The notes under the pieces: generated by a model
Seen by the model: the letters and a program-made list of their open reading frames with translations, nothing else
Databases searched by the model: none
Told to the model about the DNA's origin: nothing
Made by a program: the position numbers and the translations under genes
NCBI GenBank assembly: GCA_965215195.1
Contig: CBDCDC010000001.1
Location: forward strand, 128,001 to 192,000
Length of the DNA stretch: 64,000 nt
Source: Candidatus Latescibacterota bacterium
Lineage (GTDB): Bacteria > Latescibacterota > UBA2968 > UBA8231
Direction of reading: 5' to 3'
Part shown: in pieces, positions 19,719 to 29,747 of the stretch
Position numbering within the stretch: position 1 is the first letter of the stretch
Layout: each line of letters opens with the position of its first letter

Positions 19719-21449
19719 TCACTTCGACTCCCGTCTAGCGATGCTGAATCCGGGATTCCGCCCAGGGACTCCCCTCTTATTGATAGTGCGACTGTCACTA
19801 TTGATCAACACGCCACGCTGGAGACTAAAGTCGGCCAACGGCACAAGTTGCGCTCGCATCAACGCTTCATTCAGGGCTGCCGCCTTGTCTTTGGCGCTGT
19901 CTGCATCCGCCAACCGGCGGTCCGCGACCCACCGCGGAACGAGCACAACCACTGGACCGGGAATCTCCGCCACGAGCGAGTCAATGCGCTGCGCCGTGTC
20001 AAGGGCCTTGAATGCCGCTACCCGTACCGGATAGCCACTAGAGGCCAGCGGCCGGGTGTCCAGATGGAGTTCCTGCGGGACGATCACCGTCGCGTCCGTA
20101 GCGACATGCTTCTTTATCCAAGCCACGGCTCGCACCCGACTTTCGCTGGCGACTTCCATTTGTATGGCGAACTTGCTGAGCGGCACGTTCAAGCCCAGCG
20201 CAAAGAGCCCCACAAAACCGACCACCCCAATGGCACTTTGAAGCCCGCCAACGTCTCTCCGGCGGATCCAAGCCACGCGCATCAACCGCCCATGAAGGAA
20301 GTAAATACCGCAAGTAATAAGTACTGCGACTAGGGGGAACACAGGCAATATATTGCGCGGGAAGTGGACTCGTTGCGCCGAGAGTAGCGCCAGCAAAGCC
20401 ACGGGGAATGAGATGAGGATAAGCGTCCGGCGCCAGTCTGAATAGGCGGCCGAAATCAGACCAATCAAACAGAGAATAAGGCCGGCGACCCCGAAGTCCC
20501 AAGCAAGGTGAGACGCATAGAAAACGAGTTGGTCTAGTCCGGGGTTGGCCTCAAAGCCCGGATGTCCGGTGGCATAATGGTACGCTTGTCTGGCGAGTCC
20601 GTTCACAAAATCCGGCAGAGCGATCACCGTGTATGGAGCGACTGCGAGGAACGACAGGCCAGCTATCGTTATGGCGATGCCCGTCGCTTGAAGCCGGTGA
20701 CCGCGCTCCATGAACAGATAGATTGCAAGCAGGACGGGCAAAAGGAGAAGGCCGCAGGGGTACTTGCTGCCGGCGGCCAAGCCGACACAGATTGCCGGTG
20801 TGCCAGCGATCTCGCGTAGGGCTGGGCAAGGACGGCGAGTGCCTTGCAGCACTGCGGCCATGCCCAGCGCGACGAAACACGTGCCGACGATATCGACGTT
20901 CAGATAACTATGGGACATATGAAAGAAGAAGTAGGAGAGGGCAAGCACGAGCGGCGCAAGTATCAAAGCACTGGGCCGCCCCAGCAGTTGATAGGCCACG
21001 ACTCCACTCGCCGCCATCGCCACGACCGACAAGAGCGCAAACAGCCACCGCGCTTTCTCAACAACGCCCGGAAGGGTATAGAATGGAAAAGACACGTCCC
21101 CAAGATTCTCCCTTATGTCGATCGCACGCTTTTCAAGCCCCAATTCGGGCGCGGCACTGATGAAACCGACGCTCATCGCTGCTACCGCAAGATATGTGGG
21201 GAGGGACGGGTAGGTGAAGGGAGCCGGATGATAATTCCCAGTCGTCAGAATGTTGGCCGCTGACCGCGCTACGTGTACTTCATCGACATGCTGCGGATAG
21301 GGTAGAGACGCAGCGATGTGCGCTGTGCGTATCCAGAAAGCCACCGCGCAGAGGGCGAGCAGCGCAAGAAGGCCGCCGCGCAATGCGAAGCGTTCTCTCA
21401 GGCGTTGCACAGCAGAGAGGACATACCTCCATAAATTATTTATAAACAT
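19719..21449 (-). CDS. GT-C (ArnT/PMT-like) membrane glycosyltransferase
   Basis: Multiple TM helices with HVDE, YPSL, GLAAGSKY and RNILP motifs; start uncertain. Confidence 0.75.
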   Translation of the reverse strand: MFINNLWRYVLSAVQRLRERFALRGGLLALLALCAVAFWIRTAHIAASLPYPQHVDEVHVARSAANILTTGNYHPAPFTYPSLPTYLAVAAMSVGFISAAPELGLEKRAIDIRENLGDVSFPFYTLPGVVEKARWLFALLSVVAMAASGVVAYQLLGRPSALILAPLVLALSYFFFHMSHSYLNVDIVGTCFVALGMAAVLQGTRRPCPALREIAGTPAICVGLAAGSKYPCGLLLLPVLLAIYLFMERGHRLQATGIAITIAGLSFLAVAPYTVIALPDFVNGLARQAYHYATGHPGFEANPGLDQLVFYASHLAWDFGVAGLILCLIGLISAAYSDWRRTLILISFPVALLALLSAQRVHFPRNILPVFPLVAVLITCGIYFLHGRLMRVAWIRRRDVGGLQSAIGVVGFVGLFALGLNVPLSKFAIQMEVASESRVRAVAWIKKHVATDATVIVPQELHLDTRPLASSGYPVRVAAFKALDTAQRIDSLVAEIPGPVVVLVPRWVADRRLADADSAKDKAAALNEALMRAQLVPLADFSLQRGVLINSDSRTINKRGVPGRNPGFSIARRESK

Positions 21450-21512
21450 GTATTTATAAGAAATATAGAAAGAGGATCAAGGTTGTTGTTGTGCCGTGCT
21501 CATCCCAGACCA

Positions 21513-22625
21513 CTAACCCCTTAACGCCTTTTTCAGTTGTGCGGCGAGGAGTTCCTCGTCGCCATCGGCCACCGTGGGCATGGACAAGTGAAGCTGGCTT
21601 GGGGCCGCTGAGAGCCAGACCGAGGGGTTGCCGTTGCGCAGGGTTTCTTCTATGGCGGCGGCCGTGCGGCCGAGGGCTTGTTCGTCCAAGGTCAAGATCA
21701 GGGACGCGCCATCGACTGCGCTCTGCACATGGGCCAGTGCGCCGAGGTGCTGGCGCACGGTCTCGGCGCGGCGGGCGTCGTTTCGGTTGCGGGCGTCGTG
21801 GTCCATGGCCAGCCAGCGGCGCAGGGCCACGACCACGCCGACGACCTCTTGGCGGTCGATCTTGAGCGGGCGGCCAACTCCCTCTAGATCGCGGGTCTCA
21901 AAGCAGGCGAAGCTGTGCAAGTGGGCCGCTTCGATTAAGTCGGCGCGGCCGCAGAGAATGCCCGAAGAGTTGGGCGCGCCCACGTACTTGGCACCATAGC
22001 CGACTAAGTCGGCCCCGGCCGCGATGTAGCGGGTCAAGCCGTCTAGGGGATAGACGCGGAAGGCCGCGTCCACGAAAACCGGGACGTCGCGGGCGTGGGC
22101 GATGTCAATGGCCGCGGCCAGCGGGACGATGGCGGCTAAGTTGTCGATGGCCGGGTAGAGCACGGCCGCGGTTTGGGGGCCGATGGCTGCGGCGAGTTCG
22201 TCGGCCGTAGTGCCTCGCTCGGTGCCCGCCTCCACGAGGGTGACGCCGGGCAGGCGCACCATGCGGTCGTATTTGTAGCGCTGGGCCTTTTGGATGACCA
22301 CTTGGTTGGGCATGTCGGTCGCATCGGGCAAGCGGGCCATTTTCTCCGGGTCTGCGCCGGTCGCGCAGGCGGCCGTGCCCAAGACCAAAGCAGCCGCGCA
22401 GCCAGGGGTAATCAGCGCGGCCTCGGCCCCGAGCAGGTCCGCGACGATCCGCCCGGTGCTCGCCAAGAAGGCGTCCATGTCAACGTAGTAGCGGCCGGCC
22501 AGTTCCATGGCGGCGGTGATGTCCGGGTGGGGGGACGACCCCCCTAAAAGGGTGCGCGGGCCGAGGGCGTTGATCACCGGCGTCACCCCCATATCCGCGT
22601 ACAGTGCGCGCGCTTCTTCACTCAT
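21513..22625 (-). CDS. SelA/DgaE-like PLP-dependent enzyme
   Basis: GVTPVINALG..T.LGGS, GCAAAL, VDAA, GAKYVGAP, GRPLKI. Confidence 0.8.
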   Translation of the reverse strand: MSEEARALYADMGVTPVINALGPRTLLGGSSPHPDITAAMELAGRYYVDMDAFLASTGRIVADLLGAEAALITPGCAAALVLGTAACATGADPEKMARLPDATDMPNQVVIQKAQRYKYDRMVRLPGVTLVEAGTERGTTADELAAAIGPQTAAVLYPAIDNLAAIVPLAAAIDIAHARDVPVFVDAAFRVYPLDGLTRYIAAGADLVGYGAKYVGAPNSSGILCGRADLIEAAHLHSFACFETRDLEGVGRPLKIDRQEVVGVVVALRRWLAMDHDARNRNDARRAETVRQHLGALAHVQSAVDGASLILTLDEQALGRTAAAIEETLRNGNPSVWLSAAPSQLHLSMPTVADGDEELLAAQLKKALRG

Positions 22626-24978
22626 AGGTTTTCTCTCCATACAGCCCCACCGGGCTAGGTACGTGGTTGGCGGGAACCAGCAACAAGGGCAAGCCATTGT
22701 GCTGGAGACGAAAGTGCAGGTAGTCGAGTTCCGGGGTGGGCTGCGCGGTGAGGCCCAACAGCCGCGGGCGCAAAAGCGCGGACGAAAACAGCTTGGGCCG
22801 GGGCCGCTCCATCAGCTCGACGGTCGCGTCCGCCGGCAGCCCGATCTTTTCCTTGGCGAGCGCGATGGCCACTTCGAGACCGCCGATCCGGTCGGCGAGG
22901 CCGAGCTGCACGGCGCGCTGGCCGCTCCAGACGCGGCCTTGGGCCATGACTTCGACCGAGTCCGGCGCGAGGTGGCGACTGCTGGCTACCTCGGCGACAA
23001 AGTCCGCGTACAGCGAGCGGATGGTGTGCTCCATGCGCGCACTTTCGTCTTCAGTGAAGGTGCGGTCTGGCAAGCGCAGGCCGAGCAGGGGCAGGGTCAT
23101 GCCAAACGGCAAATCCGCGTGGCGACCCACCTGTACGCGGCTCGTGCTCAAGCCGAGCTTTTCCTTGAGCCCTTTGTTATAAGCCCAGCCGGCAATGACC
23201 CCAATCGAGCCAGTGATGGTGTTGGGCGCGGTGACGATCGCATCGCCGGGCAGCGAGAGCATGTACCCGCCCGAAGCCGCGAGATAGCCCTGCGAGACGA
23301 CGACCGGCTTGTGCTCGCGGCATTGCAGCACGGCATCGGCCACGAGGGCCGAGGGCAGGATGTCGCCGCCCGGAGAATCGACGCGCAGCACCACCGCGTC
23401 CGCTTCCGCGCAGGCCGCGGCAATTTCGCCGACGAGCCGGCGCGCACCCATGCCGGCGTCCATGGCGCAGAGGCCGAGCGCATAGACGATGGCAATGCGC
23501 TTGCGCTGCCCCCAGCGCCGGTCGGCTAGCTGGGCGTACGAATCGGCCGCGACGACCTCGAAGCCTTCGACCATGCGGTCGATTTCGCTCCAGCGTCCGA
23601 GGCGATCCACTAAGCCGGCGTCGAGGGCTTCTTGCGGCAAAAAGAACGCGGTCTCTTCCACGAGACGGTCGAAGTGCTCGGGCGCAAGCGAGCGATCCGC
23701 GCTGATGTCGCCCCGGGCGAGGGCGTACCAGTCGTCGAGCAGGGCCGTTAGCTGCTCGCGCTCGCCTGCGGACATGTCGCGGCGGACGTATGCTTCGGTC
23801 GCGGACTTGTACGGGAAAAGCCGCCACTCGTCAAAGCCGATCCCGAGCTTGTCCAGCGCATCCTTGAAGTACGTGTGCCCCGCCACATAACCCTGCAAGC
23901 CGACCGCGCCAGCCGGGTCCAGCACCAAGTGATCGGCCACCGAAGCCCAGTGATAGCCGTGCATGTCAACGCGGTCGATGTACACCACGACCCGCTGCCC
24001 CCCGGCGCGGATCTGGCGCAGCTTCTCCCGCAGCTCCCAGCCGAGCGCCGGGCTAATCCGCAGGCCCGAAGCATTGATGGCAAGGCCCTCAATCGCTGGA
24101 TCGCGGCGTGCGCGTTCCAACAAAGCGATGAGCTCGAGCAGGCTCTGCGAGTCGTCGAAGAAAGCAAAGCGGCGGTGTTGCACCGGCCCGGATAACTCCA
24201 GCGACAGGTAGCGCGCCCGCGGCCGGAACAGGTTCCCTCGCTGTGCTCCGAGGCGCGCCGCATACGTCTGCAAGGCGCGTCCCCGCGTCTGCGCTTGGAA
24301 ATCGGCTGCGCCCAGCCCGAGGCGCAAGCCAACGCTCAGGGCGCGATCTGCGAACAAGCGCCCGGTCAGCGCCAGCCCCGGCACTAACTCGACAACGGCT
24401 CCGGTGCTCCAGAAATTGGCCCGGCCAACTTCCGTTTGATTCACCTGACGCCGGAGCAGCTCATCGCTGGTGCGGACGTAGGCCGCATACAAGGTTAGCC
24501 GCTCGTCGCTCCAAGGCCGCAGGGCTAGGTCGAAAGATCCTTCGCGGGCCGCTTCCGCAAAGGCAAAGGTGGCCCCCACAGAAAGGGCCGGCCCGGGCCG
24601 CCAAATCCCCCCGACAACAACGTGCCGCCCGCTTCCCCATCCCATGCCCACCCCGAGGCTGAAGTCGCGGTCGCCGGTGCTGAGTCCAGCCCGGTACTCG
24701 CGGGCGCGGCGGCCGTTTATTATCCCAAATCCCAAATGGGGCACGGCCGTGAAAAGGCCCCACGAATGGACGGTGCTGCTGTCCGACCAAGCGACCCCCT
24801 GTTCCAAACCCTCGACATAGCTGAGCAGCGCGGGATTGGCGTAGCCGTAGAGGCCGATGTCGAGCGCACCAGAAGGGGCGAGGGCGAATTCTCTGCGCTC
24901 GGCATAGGAGATAAACGGGGATTGGGCGTTTACCGCGCTTGCGGCGAGGAGGCAGCAGAGGAATTGGAACGAGCGCAT
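22618..24978 (-). CDS. sppA: Signal peptide peptidase SppA (S49) with an N-terminal beta-rich domain
   Basis: Signal peptide, ANPALL, LRVDSPGG, AASGGY, TITGSIGV, AQGRVWSG. Confidence 0.85.
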   Translation of the reverse strand: MRSFQFLCCLLAASAVNAQSPFISYAERREFALAPSGALDIGLYGYANPALLSYVEGLEQGVAWSDSSTVHSWGLFTAVPHLGFGIINGRRAREYRAGLSTGDRDFSLGVGMGWGSGRHVVVGGIWRPGPALSVGATFAFAEAAREGSFDLALRPWSDERLTLYAAYVRTSDELLRRQVNQTEVGRANFWSTGAVVELVPGLALTGRLFADRALSVGLRLGLGAADFQAQTRGRALQTYAARLGAQRGNLFRPRARYLSLELSGPVQHRRFAFFDDSQSLLELIALLERARRDPAIEGLAINASGLRISPALGWELREKLRQIRAGGQRVVVYIDRVDMHGYHWASVADHLVLDPAGAVGLQGYVAGHTYFKDALDKLGIGFDEWRLFPYKSATEAYVRRDMSAGEREQLTALLDDWYALARGDISADRSLAPEHFDRLVEETAFFLPQEALDAGLVDRLGRWSEIDRMVEGFEVVAADSYAQLADRRWGQRKRIAIVYALGLCAMDAGMGARRLVGEIAAACAEADAVVLRVDSPGGDILPSALVADAVLQCREHKPVVVSQGYLAASGGYMLSLPGDAIVTAPNTITGSIGVIAGWAYNKGLKEKLGLSTSRVQVGRHADLPFGMTLPLLGLRLPDRTFTEDESARMEHTIRSLYADFVAEVASSRHLAPDSVEVMAQGRVWSGQRAVQLGLADRIGGLEVAIALAKEKIGLPADATVELMERPRPKLFSSALLRPRLLGLTAQPTPELDYLHFRLQHNGLPLLLVPANHVPSPVGLYGEKTYE

Positions 24979-25085
24979 AGGCAATGTCGAAACCGTGTTA
25001 CCTTTCTTCCTGAGACGCCGTTCCGACATCTCAAGGTGCTTTGCGTCAGCTACTTCTTTGGTGGCGAGGCAACGATTGAAGATGC

Positions 25086-26273
25086 TTAGCCCCTCTCAAA
25101 TTCAGGCATGGTGCGCCGCATAAAGTCATCAAACAAGGGAACAGTAAACGCCAAGTAGCCGTGCGCCGGGCTGTAGATCATGCCCTTGTTGATGAGTTTC
25201 GCCCGGGTTGGCCCGATGCTGTTGATTTTTACCGACAAGCACTCTGCGATCTCACTGCCGCGTTGCGCTCCGCGGCCAAGTTCCGCCATGACGCGGAGAA
25301 ACCGCTTCTCCCTCGGAGTTAGGCGGCTAAAGCGAACTCGAAAAAAATTCTCGTCAAGACGCTTGGTTACGGTCGCGAAAGCGTCTTGCACGACCGCCAA
25401 GCTGATCGGCGAGACTTCGGCCCGGTTCCAAGCTTGATAACCCCATTCTTGGAGAAAGTAGGGATAGCCTTGAGTGAGACGGTATATTTCCCGGATAGCG
25501 GCTTCGTCGAACTCGACTCTGTATTGTTTGACGGGGTCTTGCAAGGCCCTGCTGGTATCCGACTCGGAAAGTGCGCCAACGTCGGGAAAACTGAATAACC
25601 GCTCAGCATACGATTTGGACTCGCCCGCTAAACCCGGCAGGATGGGGAGGCCGGCGCCCAGCAACACCAATGGCAGTTGGCGCTGCTGCATCCTGTGCAT
25701 GGACATGATGAGTGCGCCGAGTTCCTTTTTATTCAGATACTGTATCTCGTCGATCATGACAGCTAGGCAGGTCCCCTGTTCTGCCGCCGCTTCTGCCGCT
25801 GCCGCAAACAAATCAGGCAGGTCAATTTCGAGGTCGCCGCTGTCTGCGGTCCCCTTCTCCGCATCGATGTCCAGCCCCAATTCTATCCCTTCCATCCTGA
25901 TACTGATCGTCCCGAAAAAGCCTTTGAGAACCGCCAAAGCTTGACGCGCCTTGTGTCCCGCGCCTGCCAGCCGATCCAGTTTATACAGCAGTTGGCGCAA
26001 AGGAGGGGCCAGTAGCGCCCCTAACGGCTTTTGTTCGTGGGCTTCGACGAGAAGCGTACGATATCCGTCCGCTTGGGCGGTTCGTTCCATTTCGTTGAGC
26101 AAGACGGTTTTGCCCACGCCGCGCAATCCCGTCAGCAGGATGCTCTTTTCGGGCCGGCGTTGCTTGATTCGGCCTAGTAGAATGCGAGCTTGATCAAGCA
26201 CATCGTCTCTGCCGACGAGTTCAGGAGGGGGTGCTCCAGCACCGGGTGAAAAAGGGTTTTTTATGGGGTCCAT
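25086..26273 (-). CDS. Stand-alone AAA ATPase with C-terminal winged helix
   Basis: NPFSPGAG..LVGR, GLRGVGKT, IDEIQ, GYPYFLQ. Confidence 0.85.
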   Translation of the reverse strand: MDPIKNPFSPGAGAPPPELVGRDDVLDQARILLGRIKQRRPEKSILLTGLRGVGKTVLLNEMERTAQADGYRTLLVEAHEQKPLGALLAPPLRQLLYKLDRLAGAGHKARQALAVLKGFFGTISIRMEGIELGLDIDAEKGTADSGDLEIDLPDLFAAAAEAAAEQGTCLAVMIDEIQYLNKKELGALIMSMHRMQQRQLPLVLLGAGLPILPGLAGESKSYAERLFSFPDVGALSESDTSRALQDPVKQYRVEFDEAAIREIYRLTQGYPYFLQEWGYQAWNRAEVSPISLAVVQDAFATVTKRLDENFFRVRFSRLTPREKRFLRVMAELGRGAQRGSEIAECLSVKINSIGPTRAKLINKGMIYSPAHGYLAFTVPLFDDFMRRTMPEFERG

Positions 26274-26280
26274 GAACGCT

Positions 26281-26350
26281 GTTCTATCTATTTATACCTA
26301 TTTCTATCTATTTATACGTATCTATACCATATTATACCATATTATATCAC
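26281..26350. repeat. AT-rich ~10-bp tandem repeats upstream of the AAA ATPase gene
   Basis: gttctatcta tttataccta tttctatcta tttatacgta tctataccat attataccat attatatcac. Confidence 0.75.
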
Positions 26351-26395
26351 TAAACAAGTAGACTTTAGTAGATTTCCTGCTAACTAAGATGCCTC

Positions 26396-27019
26396 TTACG
26401 CTTCCTCGACAAACAAGCGCAAATCCCCTTTGCCCTTCCGCAACACCTCGGCTTGATCCCCCACCAACGACACCACGCTCGAAGCCTCCACCGGCAGCGG
26501 CCCGCACTCCAAGATCAAATCCACCTGCGGCCCTAACTCTTCCTCCAAGGCCCACGGCTCGGTCAGCACCTCTTGATCGGCGTAGTTGGCGCTGGTGCTC
26601 AGGATGGGTTGGCCGAGGGTGCGGACCAAGGCCAGCGGCACCGGGTGATCGGGAATTCGCAGGCCGACGGTCTTCTGTTTGGTTTGCAGGATGCGCGGCG
26701 TCTGGCGGGTGGCCGGCAGGACGAAGGTGTACGCGCCCGGCAGGCAGTGCTTGAGGATGCGGTAGGCGTAGTTGGAGACGCGGGCGTAGTCGCTGATGTG
26801 GGTCAGGTCGGCGCACACAAAGGACATGGGCTTTTTGCGGTCGCGGCCCTTGATGCGCTGCACGCGCTCAATCGCCTGCTTGTTGGTGATGTCGCAGCCG
26901 AGGCCGTAGATCGTATCGGTGGGATAGACGATGACGCCGCCTTGGCGCAGCACCTCGGCGGCGCGCTGAATGTGGCGGCCTTTGAGGCGGTCGGGATGGA
27001 CGGTCAGTACTTGGGTCAT
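26396..27019 (-). CDS. Sua5/YciO/YrdC (TsaC-like) protein
   Basis: YPTDTIYGLGC, KGR, PGAYT, STSAN. Confidence 0.92.
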   Translation of the reverse strand: MTQVLTVHPDRLKGRHIQRAAEVLRQGGVIVYPTDTIYGLGCDITNKQAIERVQRIKGRDRKKPMSFVCADLTHISDYARVSNYAYRILKHCLPGAYTFVLPATRQTPRILQTKQKTVGLRIPDHPVPLALVRTLGQPILSTSANYADQEVLTEPWALEEELGPQVDLILECGPLPVEASSVVSLVGDQAEVLRKGKGDLRLFVEEA

Positions 27020-27754
27020 CTAACGCTCCTCGTCGATTTTGGCGACCCACGCATCAACGACAGCCGCGATCATGGCGCGGCCGTGCTCGGCGTTGGCCGT
27101 GTAGCTGTTTTGCGCGTCGTCTTGCTGGCAGTACCAAGGCGGGTCGTCGCCGAGGCAGTCTTGCTCCACGAGCTCGGGGTGTGCGGCGAGCAGGAAGGAG
27201 GTCTCGTTGTACCCGGCGTGATCGCCCCCGGCCGGGGGACTTGATTCCGGGAGGATCATGGGCTGCACTTCGATGCGCCCGCCCCAAGCGCCGGCCCGGT
27301 CGAGCGCGTCGCGGTCGCCCCACCAGCCGCGTGGGTGCCCCGCGGCCAGCACCTGCTCAAACGCCAGCTCGGCCGCGGCCTTGCTAAAGGCCAAGGCGAG
27401 GGGCCCGCCCATGCCTTGGTGCATGATGATGACGTAGGTCTTGCGGAAGCCCATCTCGAGAAAGTTGCACAAGATGCTCTTGGCCAAGCGGCCAAAGGCG
27501 TCGTAGTCCGGGTCGATGGTCCCGTCGGCAGGGCCGCCGAGGGCATAGCCGGTGGGACCGTAGTCAAACGACGGGGCAATAACGCAAGCGGTGCGTGCGG
27601 CCACGCGGTCGCAGATCGCCTCGACGATGAGGGTGTCGTGGCCGATGGCCATGTGCGGGCCGTGGGTTTCGATGCAGCCGGCCGGCACCAGCAGGGGATG
27701 CCCTTGGGCCACCGCATCTGCAAGTTGGTCGGGACGCAGGTGCTTGAGGTACAT
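27020..27754 (-). CDS. Creatininase-family amidohydrolase (second, divergent paralog)
   Basis: GCIETHGPH..GHD, MHQG, DHAGYNETS; start set at MYLKHL. Confidence 0.85.
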   Translation of the reverse strand: MYLKHLRPDQLADAVAQGHPLLVPAGCIETHGPHMAIGHDTLIVEAICDRVAARTACVIAPSFDYGPTGYALGGPADGTIDPDYDAFGRLAKSILCNFLEMGFRKTYVIIMHQGMGGPLALAFSKAAAELAFEQVLAAGHPRGWWGDRDALDRAGAWGGRIEVQPMILPESSPPAGGDHAGYNETSFLLAAHPELVEQDCLGDDPPWYCQQDDAQNSYTANAEHGRAMIAAVVDAWVAKIDEER

Positions 27755-27833
27755 GGATAAGTTCCTTGTTGTGTGCGCGGAATTGGACATAATATAGGTC
27801 AGGAAGAGCACCTCAACATAGGATATTGAGCAG

Positions 27834-29735
27834 ATGGCGCACACTGTTATTGGCACGGCTGGGCACATTGACCACGGCAAAACCCTGTTGGTCAAGGCCC
27901 TGACCGGCATGGATACCGATCAGGCCCCGGAAGAGCGGGCGCGGGGGATTACCATTGAACTCGGCTTTGCCTTTTTGGGGGATCAAGCCACCATCATCGA
28001 CGTGCCCGGGCACGAGCGCTTCGTCAAGACCATGGTGGCCGGCGTCAGCACCATTGACGTGGCCATGCTGGTCATTGCCGCGGACGATGGGGTGATGCCG
28101 CAGTCGCGGGAGCATGTCGACGTGTTGCGGCTCTTGGGGGTCGAGCGCGGGGTGGTGGTGATCAACAAGGCCGACTTGGTAGAAGAGGAGTGGTTGGACT
28201 TGGTAGAGGAGGAGGTGCGGGAGTTTGTGCGCGGGACTTTTTTGGCGCAGGCCGACATATTTCGCGTCTCCGCGCTCAGCGGCGCGGGCATTGACCCGCT
28301 GCGGCAGCGGCTGTTGGCCATGGTCGAAGGCACTGTGGCCAAGCGCACGGACGCGCCGTTCCGCCTGCCGGTAGATCGGGCCTTTGGGGTCAAGGGCTTT
28401 GGCCTCGTCTGTACGGGCACGGTGCAGGCCGGGGCCTTGGCCGAGGGCGACCGCGTCGAGATCGCGCCCGAGGGTCGGTTGGCGCGCGTACGTCGCTTGC
28501 AACAGCACGGCGCAACAGTACAAGCGGTGCGGGCCGGCGACCGCGCCGCGATCAATTTGGCCGGCGTGGAGCAAGACCAAATCGTGCGCGGCCACTCGCT
28601 GGTCGCGCCCGGATTTTTCCGCCCCACTCAGATGCTAGACGCCCAAGTGCAGCTCCTCGCCTCAAGCCCCATGACTATGGCGTCGCGCACCCGCGTGCGC
28701 CTGCACTTGGGTACGCGGGAGATTATGGCGCGGGTCGTCCTCCCCGGTGGCAAGCCCTTGACGCCCGGGCAGGAGGGTTTCGCCCAGCTTCGCTTGGAGG
28801 CCCCGGTAGTTGCGGCGTGGAGCGACCGCTTTGTGCTGCGGCGGTACTCGCCGGCCCTGACCATTGGCGGCGGCCGCGTGCTCAACCCGCACCCGGCCAA
28901 ACACCGGCGCTTTGAGCCCGCGTTGCTGGCGCATTTGCAGGCGTTGGCCAGCGCCGATCTGCCCGAAGTAGTAGAGTGCTGGCTCGGCTACGCGGACGAC
29001 CGGCTCAAGAGCCAGCAGGCGCTGGCTGGCGAGATGGGCCTTGGCGTGGAGCGGTTGGCGCGCTGGACGGACGCGCTCGTAGCGGCTGGCCGCGCGGTGC
29101 GCGTGGTGTCCGAGGGGCAACCGCACGTTTTGCATTTGGACGTGTGCGAGCACTGGGGCGCGCAGATTGAGGCCGCGCTCGCCCGCTTTCACCGCGCCCA
29201 GCCGCTCAAGTTGGGATTGCCGCGCGAAGAACTGCGCAATTTGAGCGCGCGCTACATCCAGCCCGAATTGTTCGACTGCGTGTTGCGCTACTTGGAGGAA
29301 GCGGGGCGGATCGCGCTGGACGGGGCCGTAGTGAGGGCTGGGTCGCACCGCATTTGCTTCACCCCGGAGCAAGAGGTGCTGCGGGCGGCAGTGGAGGCGC
29401 GGCTCAACAGCGGGAATTTTGCCGACTTGCCTGCGATGGCCGAGCTAGCCCAAGCCCTCGACGCCCCACTGCCGCAGGTCGCGGACCTGGTCCAAGCACT
29501 GCAAGCACTGGGGGTAGTGGTCGCGTTGGAGGGGGGCTTGCTGATCCATTGCGAGGGGCTCGCCCGCGCACGGACGCTGCTGAGCGACTTTCTAGAGCGC
29601 GATGGCGAGATCGCAGTAGCCGAATTCCGCACGCTGATTGGCAGCAATCGCAAATGCGCCATGGCGCTTTTGGGCCACTTCGACGCCGAGGGCCTGACGG
29701 CGCGGCGGGGAGATGTGCGGGTTTGGGTGGGTTGA
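27834..29735 (+). CDS. selB: Selenocysteine-specific elongation factor
   Basis: [33 protein letters not shown]-terminal winged helix ([18 protein letters not shown]). Confidence 0.95.
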   Translation: MAHTVIGTAGHIDHGKTLLVKALTGMDTDQAPEERARGITIELGFAFLGDQATIIDVPGHERFVKTMVAGVSTIDVAMLVIAADDGVMPQSREHVDVLRLLGVERGVVVINKADLVEEEWLDLVEEEVREFVRGTFLAQADIFRVSALSGAGIDPLRQRLLAMVEGTVAKRTDAPFRLPVDRAFGVKGFGLVCTGTVQAGALAEGDRVEIAPEGRLARVRRLQQHGATVQAVRAGDRAAINLAGVEQDQIVRGHSLVAPGFFRPTQMLDAQVQLLASSPMTMASRTRVRLHLGTREIMARVVLPGGKPLTPGQEGFAQLRLEAPVVAAWSDRFVLRRYSPALTIGGGRVLNPHPAKHRRFEPALLAHLQALASADLPEVVECWLGYADDRLKSQQALAGEMGLGVERLARWTDALVAAGRAVRVVSEGQPHVLHLDVCEHWGAQIEAALARFHRAQPLKLGLPREELRNLSARYIQPELFDCVLRYLEEAGRIALDGAVVRAGSHRICFTPEQEVLRAAVEARLNSGNFADLPAMAELAQALDAPLPQVADLVQALQALGVVVALEGGLLIHCEGLARARTLLSDFLERDGEIAVAEFRTLIGSNRKCAMALLGHFDAEGLTARRGDVRVWVG

Positions 29736-29747
29736 TCCTGCGGCCGA

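Noticed and set aside
19660-19720. Integron attC-like site between cassette-like genes (also 3190-3235)
   Set aside because: No paired RYYYAAC/GTTRRRY boxes with a proper dyad, and no integrase in the window.
21513-22625. True selA near selB
   Set aside because: It is short (~370 aa) and has GAKYVGAP rather than the SGDKLLGGPQ motif. It fits the DgaE/SelA-like family, and it is 5 kb from selB on the opposite strand.
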